Below are positions 54,471 through 63,801 of a DNA stretch of 64,000 nucleotides, piece by piece; within the stretch, counting starts at the first letter, position 1; each line of letters begins with the position of its first letter. The DNA comes from Paludibacteraceae bacterium. Lineage in GTDB: Bacteria > Bacteroidota > Bacteroidia > Bacteroidales > Paludibacteraceae. The notes under the pieces were generated by a model. It had not been told where the DNA came from and ran no database searches. It saw only the letters and a program-made list of their open reading frames with translations. The stretch spans positions 43 through 64,042 of the forward strand of contig JAILMN010000030.1 of the NCBI GenBank assembly GCA_024692565.1, read 5' to 3'. Both the position numbers and the translations under genes were made by a program.

Positions 54471-54552
54471 AAAGGTACAACAAAAAAATGACACATGCAA
54501 ATTTTTGTGCCATTTTTTGCGAAATTTCAAAATATCAGCTGTTATTCTGCGT
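54459..54552 (-). repeat. 93-bp direct repeat, copy 1 (stop-codon context + promoter + palindromic -7 box)
   Basis: Nearly identical to 54990-55082. Runs from ...ttattctgcgt to the hairpin CCTTTGC-AGCC-GCAAAGG. Confidence 0.9.
54470..54501 (-). promoter_or_regulatory. promoter of the structured leader / ORF205-LRR operon
   Basis: TTTGCATGTGTCATTTTTTTGTTGTACCTTTGCAGCC with a 20-nt spacer. Confidence 0.75.
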
Positions 54553-54900
54553 CTATTTCACGCATTTTTGCTTGTAAGAGTTTCTTGTCCGGCAAGCAAA
54601 GCTTATATTCTGCTACCATCCAAGGGCTGATTTCATCGAGTTCTCCGTCTTGTATTCCTTGCCTCCTATAAACTCCATTACATACTGATCACGGAACACT
54701 TGTTCTGCGGAAGGAGCAATTTCTCTCAACAGTGGTGAGAGTTTTTCATCCGCATTGCGATAGGCCTCGTAAAACTGTTTCATTCGCCAGAGGTTCTGAG
54801 CAGAGAAACCCTTCAAATCAGGCGCTTTGCGGGTGATATATTCCGCCAACTGCTGTACGACACTATCTCCCCATTGAGCTGATTCAAAACGCCTTTTTCA
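54542..54900 (-). pseudogene. decayed DUF1016 (YhcG-like PD-(D/E)xK nuclease) gene
   Basis: Three fragments lie in two frames: WGDSVVQQLAEYITRKAPDLKGFSAQNLWRMKQFY, FRDQYVMEFIGG, and the C-terminal EYKLCLPDKKLLQAKMREIDAE*. The N-terminus and nuclease core are missing. Confidence 0.65.
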
Positions 54901-54989
54901 TATGTTCTGTATTCACCCACCCGAAAGACATATACCCTCGGCGTGGGCTTAATACTACAAAACTTTCTTAGCCACAGGGGCACGATTCA

Positions 54990-55082
54990 TTTTGCGCTGC
55001 AAAATTACACAAAAAAAATGACACATGCAAATTTTTGTGCCATTTTTTGCGAAATTACAAAATATCAGCTGTTATTCTGCGT
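54990..55082 (-). repeat. 93-bp direct repeat, copy 2 (includes the last codons of sod)
   Basis: Same element 530 bp away. The hairpin here is ATTTTGC-AGC-GCAAAAT, with both arms changed together. Confidence 0.9.
55000..55031 (-). promoter_or_regulatory. duplicate promoter downstream of sod, facing the DUF1016 relic
   Basis: TTTGCATGTGTCATTTTTTTTGTGTAATTTTGCAGC with a 20-nt spacer. Confidence 0.65.
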
Positions 55083-55668
55083 ATCTGCGATTGATCTCGT
55101 CCCAATTGATAATCTGCCAGAGTGCTTGGAGATGTGCCGCACGACGATTGCGATAGTCGATGTAATAGGCATGCTCCCAAACATCCATCGTCAACAGCGG
55201 TTTCAGGCCTTTGGTGACGGGGTTACCGGCATTGGGTTCCTGAGTAATGACGAGTTTACCGTCCTTGTCCGAAGCGAGCCAAACCCAGCCAGAACCGAAG
55301 AGTGTCGTCCCTTTCTGCTCAAACTCCGCTTTGAAAGCATCGAACGAACCGAAATCGCGGTTGATGGCGGCGAGTATGGCTCCTTTCGGCGCGTGGTTGT
55401 CGGCTGCAACCGGAGAGAACTGCAAGAAATACAGATTATGGTTCAAAATCTGTCCGGCATTGTTAAAGATGCCGCCTTGCGATTTGGCGACAATCTGCTC
55501 CAACGGCATGGACTCGAATTCCGTTCCGGCAACGAGTTTGTTGAGGTTGTCCACATAGGTTTGCAAGTGCTTACCGTGGTGATATTCAATCGTCTCTTGA
55601 CTGATCACCGGTTCCAGCGCATTGGGTGCGTAGGGCAAAGTGATCAGAGTAAATAATACCTCAATCAT
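55072..55668 (-). CDS. sodB: Fe/Mn superoxide dismutase
   Basis: LPYAPNALEP, HHGKHH-like and DVWEHAYYIDYRN motifs. Confidence 0.93.
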   Translation of the reverse strand: MIEVLFTLITLPYAPNALEPVISQETIEYHHGKHLQTYVDNLNKLVAGTEFESMPLEQIVAKSQGGIFNNAGQILNHNLYFLQFSPVAADNHAPKGAILAAINRDFGSFDAFKAEFEQKGTTLFGSGWVWLASDKDGKLVITQEPNAGNPVTKGLKPLLTMDVWEHAYYIDYRNRRAAHLQALWQIINWDEINRRYAE

Positions 55669-55672
55669 AATG

Positions 55673-55704
55673 TTTAAAGAATTAAAGAGTTAACGAATTA
55701 ACGA
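55673..55704 (-). repeat. octamer array NTTAAMGA x4 filling the rubrerythrin-sod spacer
   Basis: tttaaaga attaaaga gttaacga attaacga, followed directly by the rubrerythrin stop (55705-55707). Confidence 0.9.
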
Positions 55705-56280
55705 TCAATAATTTTCCGCGAGTAACTGGAAATAGGCCTGGGCGTGGTGGCAAACGGGACACTCTTCCGGAGCAGCCTTGCCGACAACGATATGGCCACA
55801 GTTGGAGCATTGCCAGATACAATCGCCGTCACGTGAGAAGACCACTTTATCCTCGATGTTCTTGAGCAGTTTGCGATAACGCTCTTCGTGGTGTTTCTCA
55901 ATCTCGCCTACCATCGCAAACTTGGCAGCAATCTCGATAAATCCCTCTTCCTCAGCCTCTTTCGCCATGCGAGCATACATGTCCGTCCACTCGGCATTCT
56001 CACCTGCAGCAGCATCGGCCAGGTTGGCAGCAGTGTCGCTGATCTTACCACCGTTCAGGTATTTGTACCAGAGTTCTGCGTGCTCTTTCTCGTTGGCAGC
56101 AGTCTCCTCAAAAATCTTGCTAATCTGCACATAACCATCCTTTTTAGCCTTCGATGCGAAATAGGTGTACTTGTTACGCGCCATCGATTCACCGGCAAAA
56201 GCCTCCATGAGGTTCTTCTCGGTCTTTGTTCCTTTTAAGTTGTTCTTAGCCGCAGGGGCACGACTAATTTCATTGTTCAT
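55705..56280 (-). CDS. rbr: rubrerythrin
   Basis: Diiron ExxH motifs plus a C-terminal rubredoxin-like CxxC...CxxC. Confidence 0.92.
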   Translation of the reverse strand: MNNEISRAPAAKNNLKGTKTEKNLMEAFAGESMARNKYTYFASKAKKDGYVQISKIFEETAANEKEHAELWYKYLNGGKISDTAANLADAAAGENAEWTDMYARMAKEAEEEGFIEIAAKFAMVGEIEKHHEERYRKLLKNIEDKVVFSRDGDCIWQCSNCGHIVVGKAAPEECPVCHHAQAYFQLLAENY

Positions 56281-56310
56281 AATGTTGTGAGTTTATTGGG
56301 TTAAACGTTT

Positions 56311-57021
56311 CTATTTTTTTGCTAAAAGACGGGTATTATACCATTTTTTATCCTCGAAACGGCTGAAAATGGCATAGCAAACGACGGTGATGATGAGGCC
56401 GACACAACTGCCGCCGAAGACATCCATCGCGAAATGTTGGCTGAGATAGATGCGGCTGTAACCGCCCAATACTGCCAGCACAAAGAGCAACAACTGGACC
56501 GCTACGCTGCAAGACCACTGCGCTATTAGACCGCTACGCTGCGAGACCGGCTGAGCCTTTGAGATTTTTTGAGTAGCCAGTATGGAAGCGGCGAAAGCGA
56601 GTGCGAAGAAAGAAGTGGTATGTCCGGAGGGGAAAGACAGCCAATGGTTCATCTGCACGCCGTCCACCAGCGGTAATTGAATCTCCGGCATGTTGGATTC
56701 GAACCAAATAAGCGGTCGAGGTGCATTGAGAATATGCTTGATGATCTGCGTCGTCAACGCAGACATCGCTTGGCAGGAAGCCGCAAAAGCAGCGTCACCT
56801 ACACGACCGAAAAGCAGTATTATTGCGCATAAGGCATACGGAAACCACTCCGCTACATGCGTATAATAGCGGAAGAAGATATCTCCTGCCGGTGTGTGCC
56901 GATCGCATAGCCAGAGATGCAGATCTCCTTTCTGGACCAGTAATAAGGCCAAGCCCATCGTGATAAGATACGCCAGGCTCAGACCTATGAAGACTGCATT
57001 GCGCTTGATAAAATCTTTCAT
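56311..57021 (-). CDS. PAP2 family phosphatase
   Basis: Multi-TM protein with KHILNAPRP, PSGH and SRIYLSQHFAMD motifs. Confidence 0.75.
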   Translation of the reverse strand: MKDFIKRNAVFIGLSLAYLITMGLALLLVQKGDLHLWLCDRHTPAGDIFFRYYTHVAEWFPYALCAIILLFGRVGDAAFAASCQAMSALTTQIIKHILNAPRPLIWFESNMPEIQLPLVDGVQMNHWLSFPSGHTTSFFALAFAASILATQKISKAQPVSQRSGLIAQWSCSVAVQLLLFVLAVLGGYSRIYLSQHFAMDVFGGSCVGLIITVVCYAIFSRFEDKKWYNTRLLAKK

Positions 57022-57038
57022 TGCAAGTGCGAATTGGT

Positions 57039-58856
57039 TTATTTAATCGGTTGTCCCAAGACCGTATATTCGGATGCATTGCGGATGATGACTACTTTGC
57101 CTTCGCGAATCTCCTTGCGTGCGGTGTTACCCACCGACAGATCGTCGAGAGCTTGCTCCTCGCTATACTCATCGCCGTAACTCTGCTGCATCTTCGTGAA
57201 ATCAACCGCTTCGCCTTGTTTTTTACCCCAGATATACTCCGCGAGTTCAGGATAGTCAATAAACGGATTGCGGTTACCTTGGATCTTATTGACCTCGATA
57301 GCACGGTCCAGTTCTTTCTTGCTCACCGGATCCATACGATGCCATTCGAGCAACAGGTCACGCAGCCACGGACGGAACTCCTGCCAACCTTCATTGGTCA
57401 TAGCCTGACCCGGTTCGCCGGACGTTAACCACGTGAGCGAATCGCCGTAGCATGTAGCGATATAGAAATACGCGCGGGCGAAATCACCCTTGTACTCATC
57501 TGCCGGACAGAAAACGCGTTTCAAATCATGAATAGCATCATAACCGGTAACAAAACTGCCGTTATTGAATGAACTATCCGCAGGCACACCCGGCGCGTGA
57601 TTCGATTTGCTGCGGTTAGCCGAAGCATCGCCGGGAACCAGATGATAGATGTCGCAGTAAGCAGGGTTGACGTCCCCACCCCACCAGCTCTTCGGCAACA
57701 TATGCTCGATGTCAAAGCCGGCAACGCTGGCTGTCGGGTTCGCCGGGTCGAAGTAGCGATGGTCATTGGAATACATATCGAGCACTTCGTTGGTCAGCGT
57801 GTCGCGGTCAGTATGGAAGAAAGCGTCCCAACTCTTACGCGGACCGCTACCATAACGGTAACGTTTGCCGACGCAGATGATAGCACCTAAATGGTTTTTC
57901 AGCACGGAATCTCGTTCTCCTTGCGCGAACTTATAATACGGACCGGGCATAGGGCCAATAGCCATGCGCGTGGTATCAATATCGAATGTGCTGGCGCCTT
58001 TGCCTTCAGGCTTGATAGTAACCGAAACCGGCACACTGCGACGAATCTTATTTCCACTCGTACCTTCTGCTGTGATGATGACCGAATCCTTATAAGTTAC
58101 CTGACTCTGCGGTGCGGAAGACATCGTTACACTATAGACCACACTCACTTCGCCGCCTTTGGAAGGTAAAGAGCTCGGAGTAACCGCGAATTTAGAGCTA
58201 TTCGACTTAACGGCAACGCTGATATTACCGTTGATATTTTTACCTGCGACCTCGAAATCAATCACATCTTCCATAGGTTCGTCTGCGCTTACCCAAGATA
58301 CAGCCTCAAAAGTAAGAGCTACGTACGGCATCTCCACAACGCCTTTGGTCGGGTTCGGGTTCTCTGCTTCAAACTCGATTTTCTGCACGTACCAGCGGTT
58401 GTAACTTGCTACTTGACCGGCAATTGCAATGGAATCTACATCGTTATTAACTTCAAATTTGTATGGACGAATAACTGTGCGATAACCTGCTTCCCAAATA
58501 AACTCATGATCATATACGTAAAATCCTCTTGCGGATGCAGTGTCTTTAGCGTGTGGATAAGTAGCTGCATATACGGTCATTGTCGTAATATGGTACGTTG
58601 CATCAAGCCCGAGCTTCAATTCGCCTTTGGCACTACTGGTTCCACCTTTGATACCAAAGCCCGGTTTCGCACGAGCTACTTTGCTGGCATAAATAATACT
58701 TTCCACGCAGTTATTGGTAGCCGAATATACGAGGGCTTCCAATTTGTCCGTAGCATTGCCATCACCATTCTCATTGCTGTTAAACACAATGGTGTAGGTC
58801 TCGGCGTTGACACCGATAGCCAAGACGGCTAAAAGGAGTAAAAAATACTTTCTCAT
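57039..58856 (-). CDS. secreted endonuclease I family nuclease with conserved C-terminal tail
   Basis: Signal peptide. FDIEHMLPKSWW...DIYHLVPGDASANRSKSN...GDFARAYFY is the Endonuclease_1 pattern. Tail is KEIREGKVVIIRNASEYTVLGQPIK. Confidence 0.75.
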   Translation of the reverse strand: MRKYFLLLLAVLAIGVNAETYTIVFNSNENGDGNATDKLEALVYSATNNCVESIIYASKVARAKPGFGIKGGTSSAKGELKLGLDATYHITTMTVYAATYPHAKDTASARGFYVYDHEFIWEAGYRTVIRPYKFEVNNDVDSIAIAGQVASYNRWYVQKIEFEAENPNPTKGVVEMPYVALTFEAVSWVSADEPMEDVIDFEVAGKNINGNISVAVKSNSSKFAVTPSSLPSKGGEVSVVYSVTMSSAPQSQVTYKDSVIITAEGTSGNKIRRSVPVSVTIKPEGKGASTFDIDTTRMAIGPMPGPYYKFAQGERDSVLKNHLGAIICVGKRYRYGSGPRKSWDAFFHTDRDTLTNEVLDMYSNDHRYFDPANPTASVAGFDIEHMLPKSWWGGDVNPAYCDIYHLVPGDASANRSKSNHAPGVPADSSFNNGSFVTGYDAIHDLKRVFCPADEYKGDFARAYFYIATCYGDSLTWLTSGEPGQAMTNEGWQEFRPWLRDLLLEWHRMDPVSKKELDRAIEVNKIQGNRNPFIDYPELAEYIWGKKQGEAVDFTKMQQSYGDEYSEEQALDDLSVGNTARKEIREGKVVIIRNASEYTVLGQPIK

Positions 58857-58867
58857 GATATTTGAAT

Positions 58868-59581
58868 TTATATATTTTTCTTTTTAGGTGCACATGCCAG
58901 CAGAAGGTTCAACGCTACGTACCAAACGATACAAGCCGTACCGCTGAAGAGTGCAAATTCGATATGCTTGGTGACGATGGCTTTCGCTACGCAGAAGCCA
59001 ATTAAGATGAGGCAACCGATCAGGAAACTGATCACCACCACTTTCTCGCGTTTGAATGATTTGAAACTGAAGAAGGGGATTTCTGCGTTCAGCAGGTAAC
59101 CGCTGATGAGCGAAAGGGCTATCAACACCCATGCCATCCAATCGTAAGCGATGACTGAAATAGGCAGACAGCAGATACCGCCCCAGAAGATGGCGTTTGC
59201 CGGAGTTGCCAGACCGATAAACGAATCATGCTGACGTTCGTCCACATTGAATTTCGCTAAGCGAAGGGCAGAGAACGCAGCCATCAGCAATGCTAACAAT
59301 CCCCACCAACCGAGGATAGGACGGAGGAAGCAGAAGAGCATCATCGCCGGCGCCAAACCAAAAGTGATATCGTCTGCCAACGAGTCCAGTTGGATACCTA
59401 TCGGACTTGGTGCTTTGAGTGCGCGTGCGCTTAGACCGTCAAAGAAATCGAAGCACGCACCGGCAAGGATGAACACAAAGGCCCAAATGAACGCACCTTG
59501 CGTTGCCAAGAACACCGCTATACTGCCGCAAAGCAGGTTACCACTCGTCAGAGCGTCGGGAATGATTCGTTTACAATTCAT
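58868..59581 (-). CDS. pssA: CDP-diacylglycerol--serine O-phosphatidyltransferase
   Basis: DxxDGxxARx8Gx3Dx3D motif (DFFDGLSARALKAPSPIGIQLDSLAD). Confidence 0.8.
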   Translation of the reverse strand: MNCKRIIPDALTSGNLLCGSIAVFLATQGAFIWAFVFILAGACFDFFDGLSARALKAPSPIGIQLDSLADDITFGLAPAMMLFCFLRPILGWWGLLALLMAAFSALRLAKFNVDERQHDSFIGLATPANAIFWGGICCLPISVIAYDWMAWVLIALSLISGYLLNAEIPFFSFKSFKREKVVVISFLIGCLILIGFCVAKAIVTKHIEFALFSGTACIVWYVALNLLLACAPKKKNI

Positions 59582-60912
59582 AATTTTTTATATACAAAAT
59601 ACGTAATCAAAAATGTCGTTATACTGCAGGCGTTGGCGATCCAGAAGAACGTGGAGTAACCTACTGCTAGTTCGAGTGTACCTGCCACAAAGCCCGGAAT
59701 CATCATACTCAGCGCCATGAAAGCGGTACAGATCGCATAGTGCGCGGTTTTGTATTTGCCTTCCGAGAAATGCATCATATACATCATATAGGCGGTAAAA
59801 CCGAAGCCGTAGCCGAATTGCTCGAAGCTGACGGCAGTACCTATTATCCACAGCGATTCGGGTTGCGCCATACTCAGGTAACAATAGACGAAACTGGGTA
59901 ATGTCAGCGCAGCTGCCATCCACCAAATCGAATGTTTCAAGCCTCTGCGAGCGATAAAAACACCGCCTAATATACCTCCTACCAGCAGGCAAATCACACC
60001 TATTGTGCCGTATAACAAACCTACCGTGTCGGTGCTCAGTTGCAGTCCTCCGCCGAGGATCTGTCCGTCCCGTACGAATGCTTCGCGCGTGTCCACCAGG
60101 AAAGGTTGGCATAGTTTGACCAAAAATCCTTCACTTAGGCGGTACAGCAGCATGAAAGCAATCGCCAACCACACGCCGGGTTTGGTAAAAAATGTAGCAA
60201 ACGATTCGCCTAACTCTTTCCAAATCTCGCGTCCCTTGGCTCTTTCGCCATTCTCCATCAGCCGCGGTTGGTCTTCTGCCGGACGAGGCAAGAAGAAACT
60301 ATGGTAAAGCGTAATGATGAGCATCAATACACTCGTCACACCTAATGTCACTTGCCACGACAACGGGATATTGCCCGTGCGGTTCTCTATCAAACCCGCG
60401 ATATAGACGATGACGCCTTGCGAGAACACGGCTGCGATGCGGTAGAACGTGGAGCGGATTCCTACAAACGCCGCCTGACTCTTGCTGTCATGCGCCAGCA
60501 TGTAATAGCCGTCTGCCGCGATGTCGTGCGTCGCCGAAGCGAAAGCTGCTATGATAAAGAACACCAGTGTCCAGCGGAACAAACCTACGGACGTTGCTTT
60601 GGCAGCTATCGTCTCTGCCTCCGGATGAGGTAGCGTCACCGTCAATAAGACGCACAACGCCGTGAGCAACACCTGCATCGCTATGATCCACCATCGTTTG
60701 GTACGCAATATGTCAACGAACGGGCTCCATAGACCTTTGAGGAACCAAGGAAAATAGAGCAAAGTAGTAAAGAACGCCAATTGGTCGTTCGGTACTCCCA
60801 TTTTAGCAAACAGCATCACGGAGATGCTGTTTACCAAAAAATAAGGGATTCCTTCTGTGAAGTACAACGTTGGTACCCACACCCAAGGTGATATGTGCTT
60901 TTCGCCGTTCAC
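59578..60912 (-). CDS. MFS transporter, AmpG-like
   Basis: 12-14 TM MFS protein with an AmpG-like N-terminus. ATGA overlap with pssA. Confidence 0.65.
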   Translation of the reverse strand: MNGEKHISPWVWVPTLYFTEGIPYFLVNSISVMLFAKMGVPNDQLAFFTTLLYFPWFLKGLWSPFVDILRTKRWWIIAMQVLLTALCVLLTVTLPHPEAETIAAKATSVGLFRWTLVFFIIAAFASATHDIAADGYYMLAHDSKSQAAFVGIRSTFYRIAAVFSQGVIVYIAGLIENRTGNIPLSWQVTLGVTSVLMLIITLYHSFFLPRPAEDQPRLMENGERAKGREIWKELGESFATFFTKPGVWLAIAFMLLYRLSEGFLVKLCQPFLVDTREAFVRDGQILGGGLQLSTDTVGLLYGTIGVICLLVGGILGGVFIARRGLKHSIWWMAAALTLPSFVYCYLSMAQPESLWIIGTAVSFEQFGYGFGFTAYMMYMMHFSEGKYKTAHYAICTAFMALSMMIPGFVAGTLELAVGYSTFFWIANACSITTFLITYFVYKKL

Positions 60913-60938
60913 CTTATTATTATATTACGCGCGCGCGT

Positions 60939-62945
60939 TTATTGGAAATTAGCGCGGTTGTCTTCTACTTTTGCGTTGTCCTCAATCAACTGCATAGCCT
61001 GATAAGGCAGGTATGCATAGCGGCTGGACAGTTGTGCTTTCTCTGCGTCTGCATTGAATTCCTCAGCCAGGTCATTGGCAGCGCCGGTCTTAACGACGAA
61101 CACGCCTGCGTTACCTTGGATAGGTTCGCTCAATGCGTTCTCACCCAGCGCGATAGTAGCTCCGATGACAGCAGGCTCCATACCTGCGTTGCCGAAACGA
61201 CTGTCTGCCAAGCTCACGCGCTCAACAGCCTGTACCTCTTGGCCCATGATCTTCGCAGTTGCCTCAAGGTTCTCAGCGTCTTTGAGTTGCTTGATGATAT
61301 ACTCAGCCTTCGCGTTGTTACGAGCCTCGTAAGTCAGTTCAGCACGAACAGCTTCCAACGGACGATAGTCGCCGTCGTTCACTTCGGTCAGGGCCGCAAT
61401 CACGAATTGCTGACCGCACTCGAAGACGTCAGAAACAGCACCTTCTTTAGCCTCGAATGCCCAACGAACGATAGGACGGCTGGCTTTGAGTTGACCCACT
61501 TTGTCGGTAGTAGCCGTCAGGTTAAACTGCGGAATAACAGCCATTCCCTGCTCCTGTGCAGCTACTTCCAATGCTTCGGCATTATTATTATCTACGATGA
61601 ACTGTTTTGCTTTGTTGTAGAGGGCAGAATAGGTCTTGCTCGACGGAGTGACCTCACGCGCGAGGATCGCCAGTTTCACTTTCGGAGTCGGTTTACCCAG
61701 TTCCATGATCTCATAGGTCTGCTCACCCATACCTTGCGCTACCGTGAAACGTGCACCGCGTTTGCCGTTGAAGGCCGGCTCTGCGATGTTCTTCGGCAGC
61801 TGGTCTGCTTTGAACCAACCTAACTCCTGATCTTCCTGACCTTCCTCAGCCGCAATCGCTTTCAACTCAACCGAGTCAGGCAGCGAGTAGCCGGCTTGCA
61901 TAATACGAGCCATTGCGTAGGTATTGTTCTCGAAGAGGATCTCGGTGCATTGGCCCGCTTTCGCACCCTTGGCGAACGCAAACTCTTTGAACTGAGCGGG
62001 CACGGTCTGCTCCGAATAATCGCGACCGTCGTACATAATATCCGAGTTGGTGTTGACTACAACGCTCACGTCCTCCGCCGTGCGGAACTCCTCTTGCAGT
62101 TTCTCCATCAACTCCTGCGCAGCCTTGAAATCATCCTCACTCGGCACGATGTCGAATGCGATATATTTGATGGCGCGGTTCGGAGTCTGCTTGAATTGCT
62201 CTTTGTGCTGCTTGTACAGCTTCTTGACAGCACTCTCGCTAACGGTTACCAAGCTGTCGGCTACGGTGAAATACGGCTGCATAGCGTACTCAGCGCTTAC
62301 GCCGTGCTGACGACCATTGAAAGCGAATTCCGCATCTACGGAGTTAGCCTTGAGCAGGTGTTGCAGCAAAGCGGTGTATTTCTCCTGCATGTAACTGATA
62401 CGAACTGCTTTCTCCCAATACAGCCAATAGGTTTTCGCCTGCTTGAGGTTCGCATTCTGCTCTGCATCCTCGCTGTCTTGGCTGATCGTCTGCAGCAGGT
62501 TGACTACTGCATTGCGGTTGAACTGACCATTCTCGTCCATGAACACACGGCGGGAGCGGATGATCTGGTGAGGATTCTCACCGATGCAGAGTTCGCTCAA
62601 CTCATCTTTGGTAATGTCCATACCGATCTTGTCGGCCTGCGCACGAAGCGTGTAATCCATCATCAGCATGTTCCACACCTGATTGCGGATCTGCGCGTTC
62701 ATGTCTTCGTCAAAATCCGAACGACCGGTTTCAATCTTGTAAACTTCCGTCAATTGGTCCTTGGCTGCTTCATACTCCGTGTAGTGAATCTTCTGTCCCT
62801 CGATCACACCTACGTTCTCGCGGCTGCGGTTGAAGAAACTGCTACCGGAGTTCAGAAAGTCTCCAAGGATAAATGCCAGCATGGCCAAACCCACAATCGC
62901 AATCAACAGGGCGCCATGATTTCTAATCTTTTGTAAACTTGCCAT
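60939..62945 (-). CDS. ppiD: periplasmic chaperone PpiD-like (SurA N-terminal domain protein)
   Basis: N-terminal MASLQKIRNHGALLIAIVGLAMLAF anchor and a long chaperone body. Confidence 0.8.
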   Translation of the reverse strand: MASLQKIRNHGALLIAIVGLAMLAFILGDFLNSGSSFFNRSRENVGVIEGQKIHYTEYEAAKDQLTEVYKIETGRSDFDEDMNAQIRNQVWNMLMMDYTLRAQADKIGMDITKDELSELCIGENPHQIIRSRRVFMDENGQFNRNAVVNLLQTISQDSEDAEQNANLKQAKTYWLYWEKAVRISYMQEKYTALLQHLLKANSVDAEFAFNGRQHGVSAEYAMQPYFTVADSLVTVSESAVKKLYKQHKEQFKQTPNRAIKYIAFDIVPSEDDFKAAQELMEKLQEEFRTAEDVSVVVNTNSDIMYDGRDYSEQTVPAQFKEFAFAKGAKAGQCTEILFENNTYAMARIMQAGYSLPDSVELKAIAAEEGQEDQELGWFKADQLPKNIAEPAFNGKRGARFTVAQGMGEQTYEIMELGKPTPKVKLAILAREVTPSSKTYSALYNKAKQFIVDNNNAEALEVAAQEQGMAVIPQFNLTATTDKVGQLKASRPIVRWAFEAKEGAVSDVFECGQQFVIAALTEVNDGDYRPLEAVRAELTYEARNNAKAEYIIKQLKDAENLEATAKIMGQEVQAVERVSLADSRFGNAGMEPAVIGATIALGENALSEPIQGNAGVFVVKTGAANDLAEEFNADAEKAQLSSRYAYLPYQAMQLIEDNAKVEDNRANFQ

Positions 62946-62973
62946 TTTTTGTATCTAAATAAAACTAATTGTC

Positions 62974-63528
62974 TTAGAAGTTCGGATTGCTCGACGAATA
63001 TACATAAGCCGATCCGTTACCCGTGGTCTCAATCACTTTGTTGCTATAGTTCGTGAATTTACCGCGGAGCACAACGAAGTCGCCAACCTGAACCTGACTC
63101 AAACCAACTTCGGTCTTGTCAAACGGCTTCTTACCCTTACCATAAACGCGGTATGCCTCGATGGAGAAATCTGCGCCTCGACCGTCACTACACGGGCAGA
63201 TATAGAAGGTTGCATTACCATAAGAAGACATACCACTCGCGTGGTTCTTATCCAACTGGTAGATCCAACCCTTCACATACAACGAGTCTTCGGTCTGCGC
63301 GCCTGCTGCGAGTTTCTTACAAATCTTCAACGCTTCATACACGTTGAGCGTACCTTCCGGAACATCTACGCCCTCCGGATCCGGAGTCGGAGTAGGACCG
63401 GCCATTTCCGGAATTGTGTCAGGGATCTGCGGGTTGGGTTCACCAGGACCATTGATGTACGATTTCTCGTTACAACTTACCAAACCTAATGTGACCAATG
63501 CGGTCAAAGCTAAAAAAATCTTCTTCAT
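62974..63528 (-). CDS. lipoprotein with OB-like domain related to the LRR protein's internal duplicated domain
   Basis: Lipobox LVSCNE. The EAL...YVKGWI...FYI...EAYRVYG...VQVGDFVVLRGKFTNY pattern parallels LRR residues TEAREAAL...VVGYV...FWMAD...EAY...VGDKVKIVGKLSVY. Confidence 0.65.
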   Translation of the reverse strand: MKKIFLALTALVTLGLVSCNEKSYINGPGEPNPQIPDTIPEMAGPTPTPDPEGVDVPEGTLNVYEALKICKKLAAGAQTEDSLYVKGWIYQLDKNHASGMSSYGNATFYICPCSDGRGADFSIEAYRVYGKGKKPFDKTEVGLSQVQVGDFVVLRGKFTNYSNKVIETTGNGSAYVYSSSNPNF

Positions 63529-63696
63529 ATGTGTATTATTTTTAAGATATTAAATTCAAGGTTAGGCGCATTATGCGCACTTTCTCAAAATCGGCTACAA
63601 AATTACAAAAAATATTTCACGCGCGCAAATATTTTATAAAAAAAGTGCAAAAAAATGCATTTTTCTTTGCGACGTGCAATTATTCTTGCGAATTTT

Positions 63697-63728
63697 CTTG
63701 CGTATATCAGAAATTTGTTGTACTTTTG
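63697..63728 (+). promoter_or_regulatory. infC promoter (-33 CTTG / -7 TACTTTTG)
   Basis: CTTGCGTATATCAGAAATTTGTTGTACTTTTG with a 20-nt spacer, about 75 nt upstream of the infC start. Confidence 0.65.
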
Positions 63729-63801
63729 TCCGCTTTTTCGATGGTCGGGCAATATGTGCACGCACGAGAAGCAGTATTACTAACCCTAATAGTTTAAAAC
63801 T

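Noticed and set aside
54361-54630. An 89-aa plus-strand ORF across the leader promoter and the DUF1016 3' end.
   Set aside because: It spans a canonical minus-strand promoter and a duplicated non-coding element. Its translation is low-complexity, and it has no promoter or start context.
60926-60937. An alternating CG run (cgcgcgcgcg) between the ampG-like gene and ppiD as a Z-DNA or regulatory element.
   Set aside because: It is a single 10-12-nt run without partners or conservation evidence, which is too little to support a claim.
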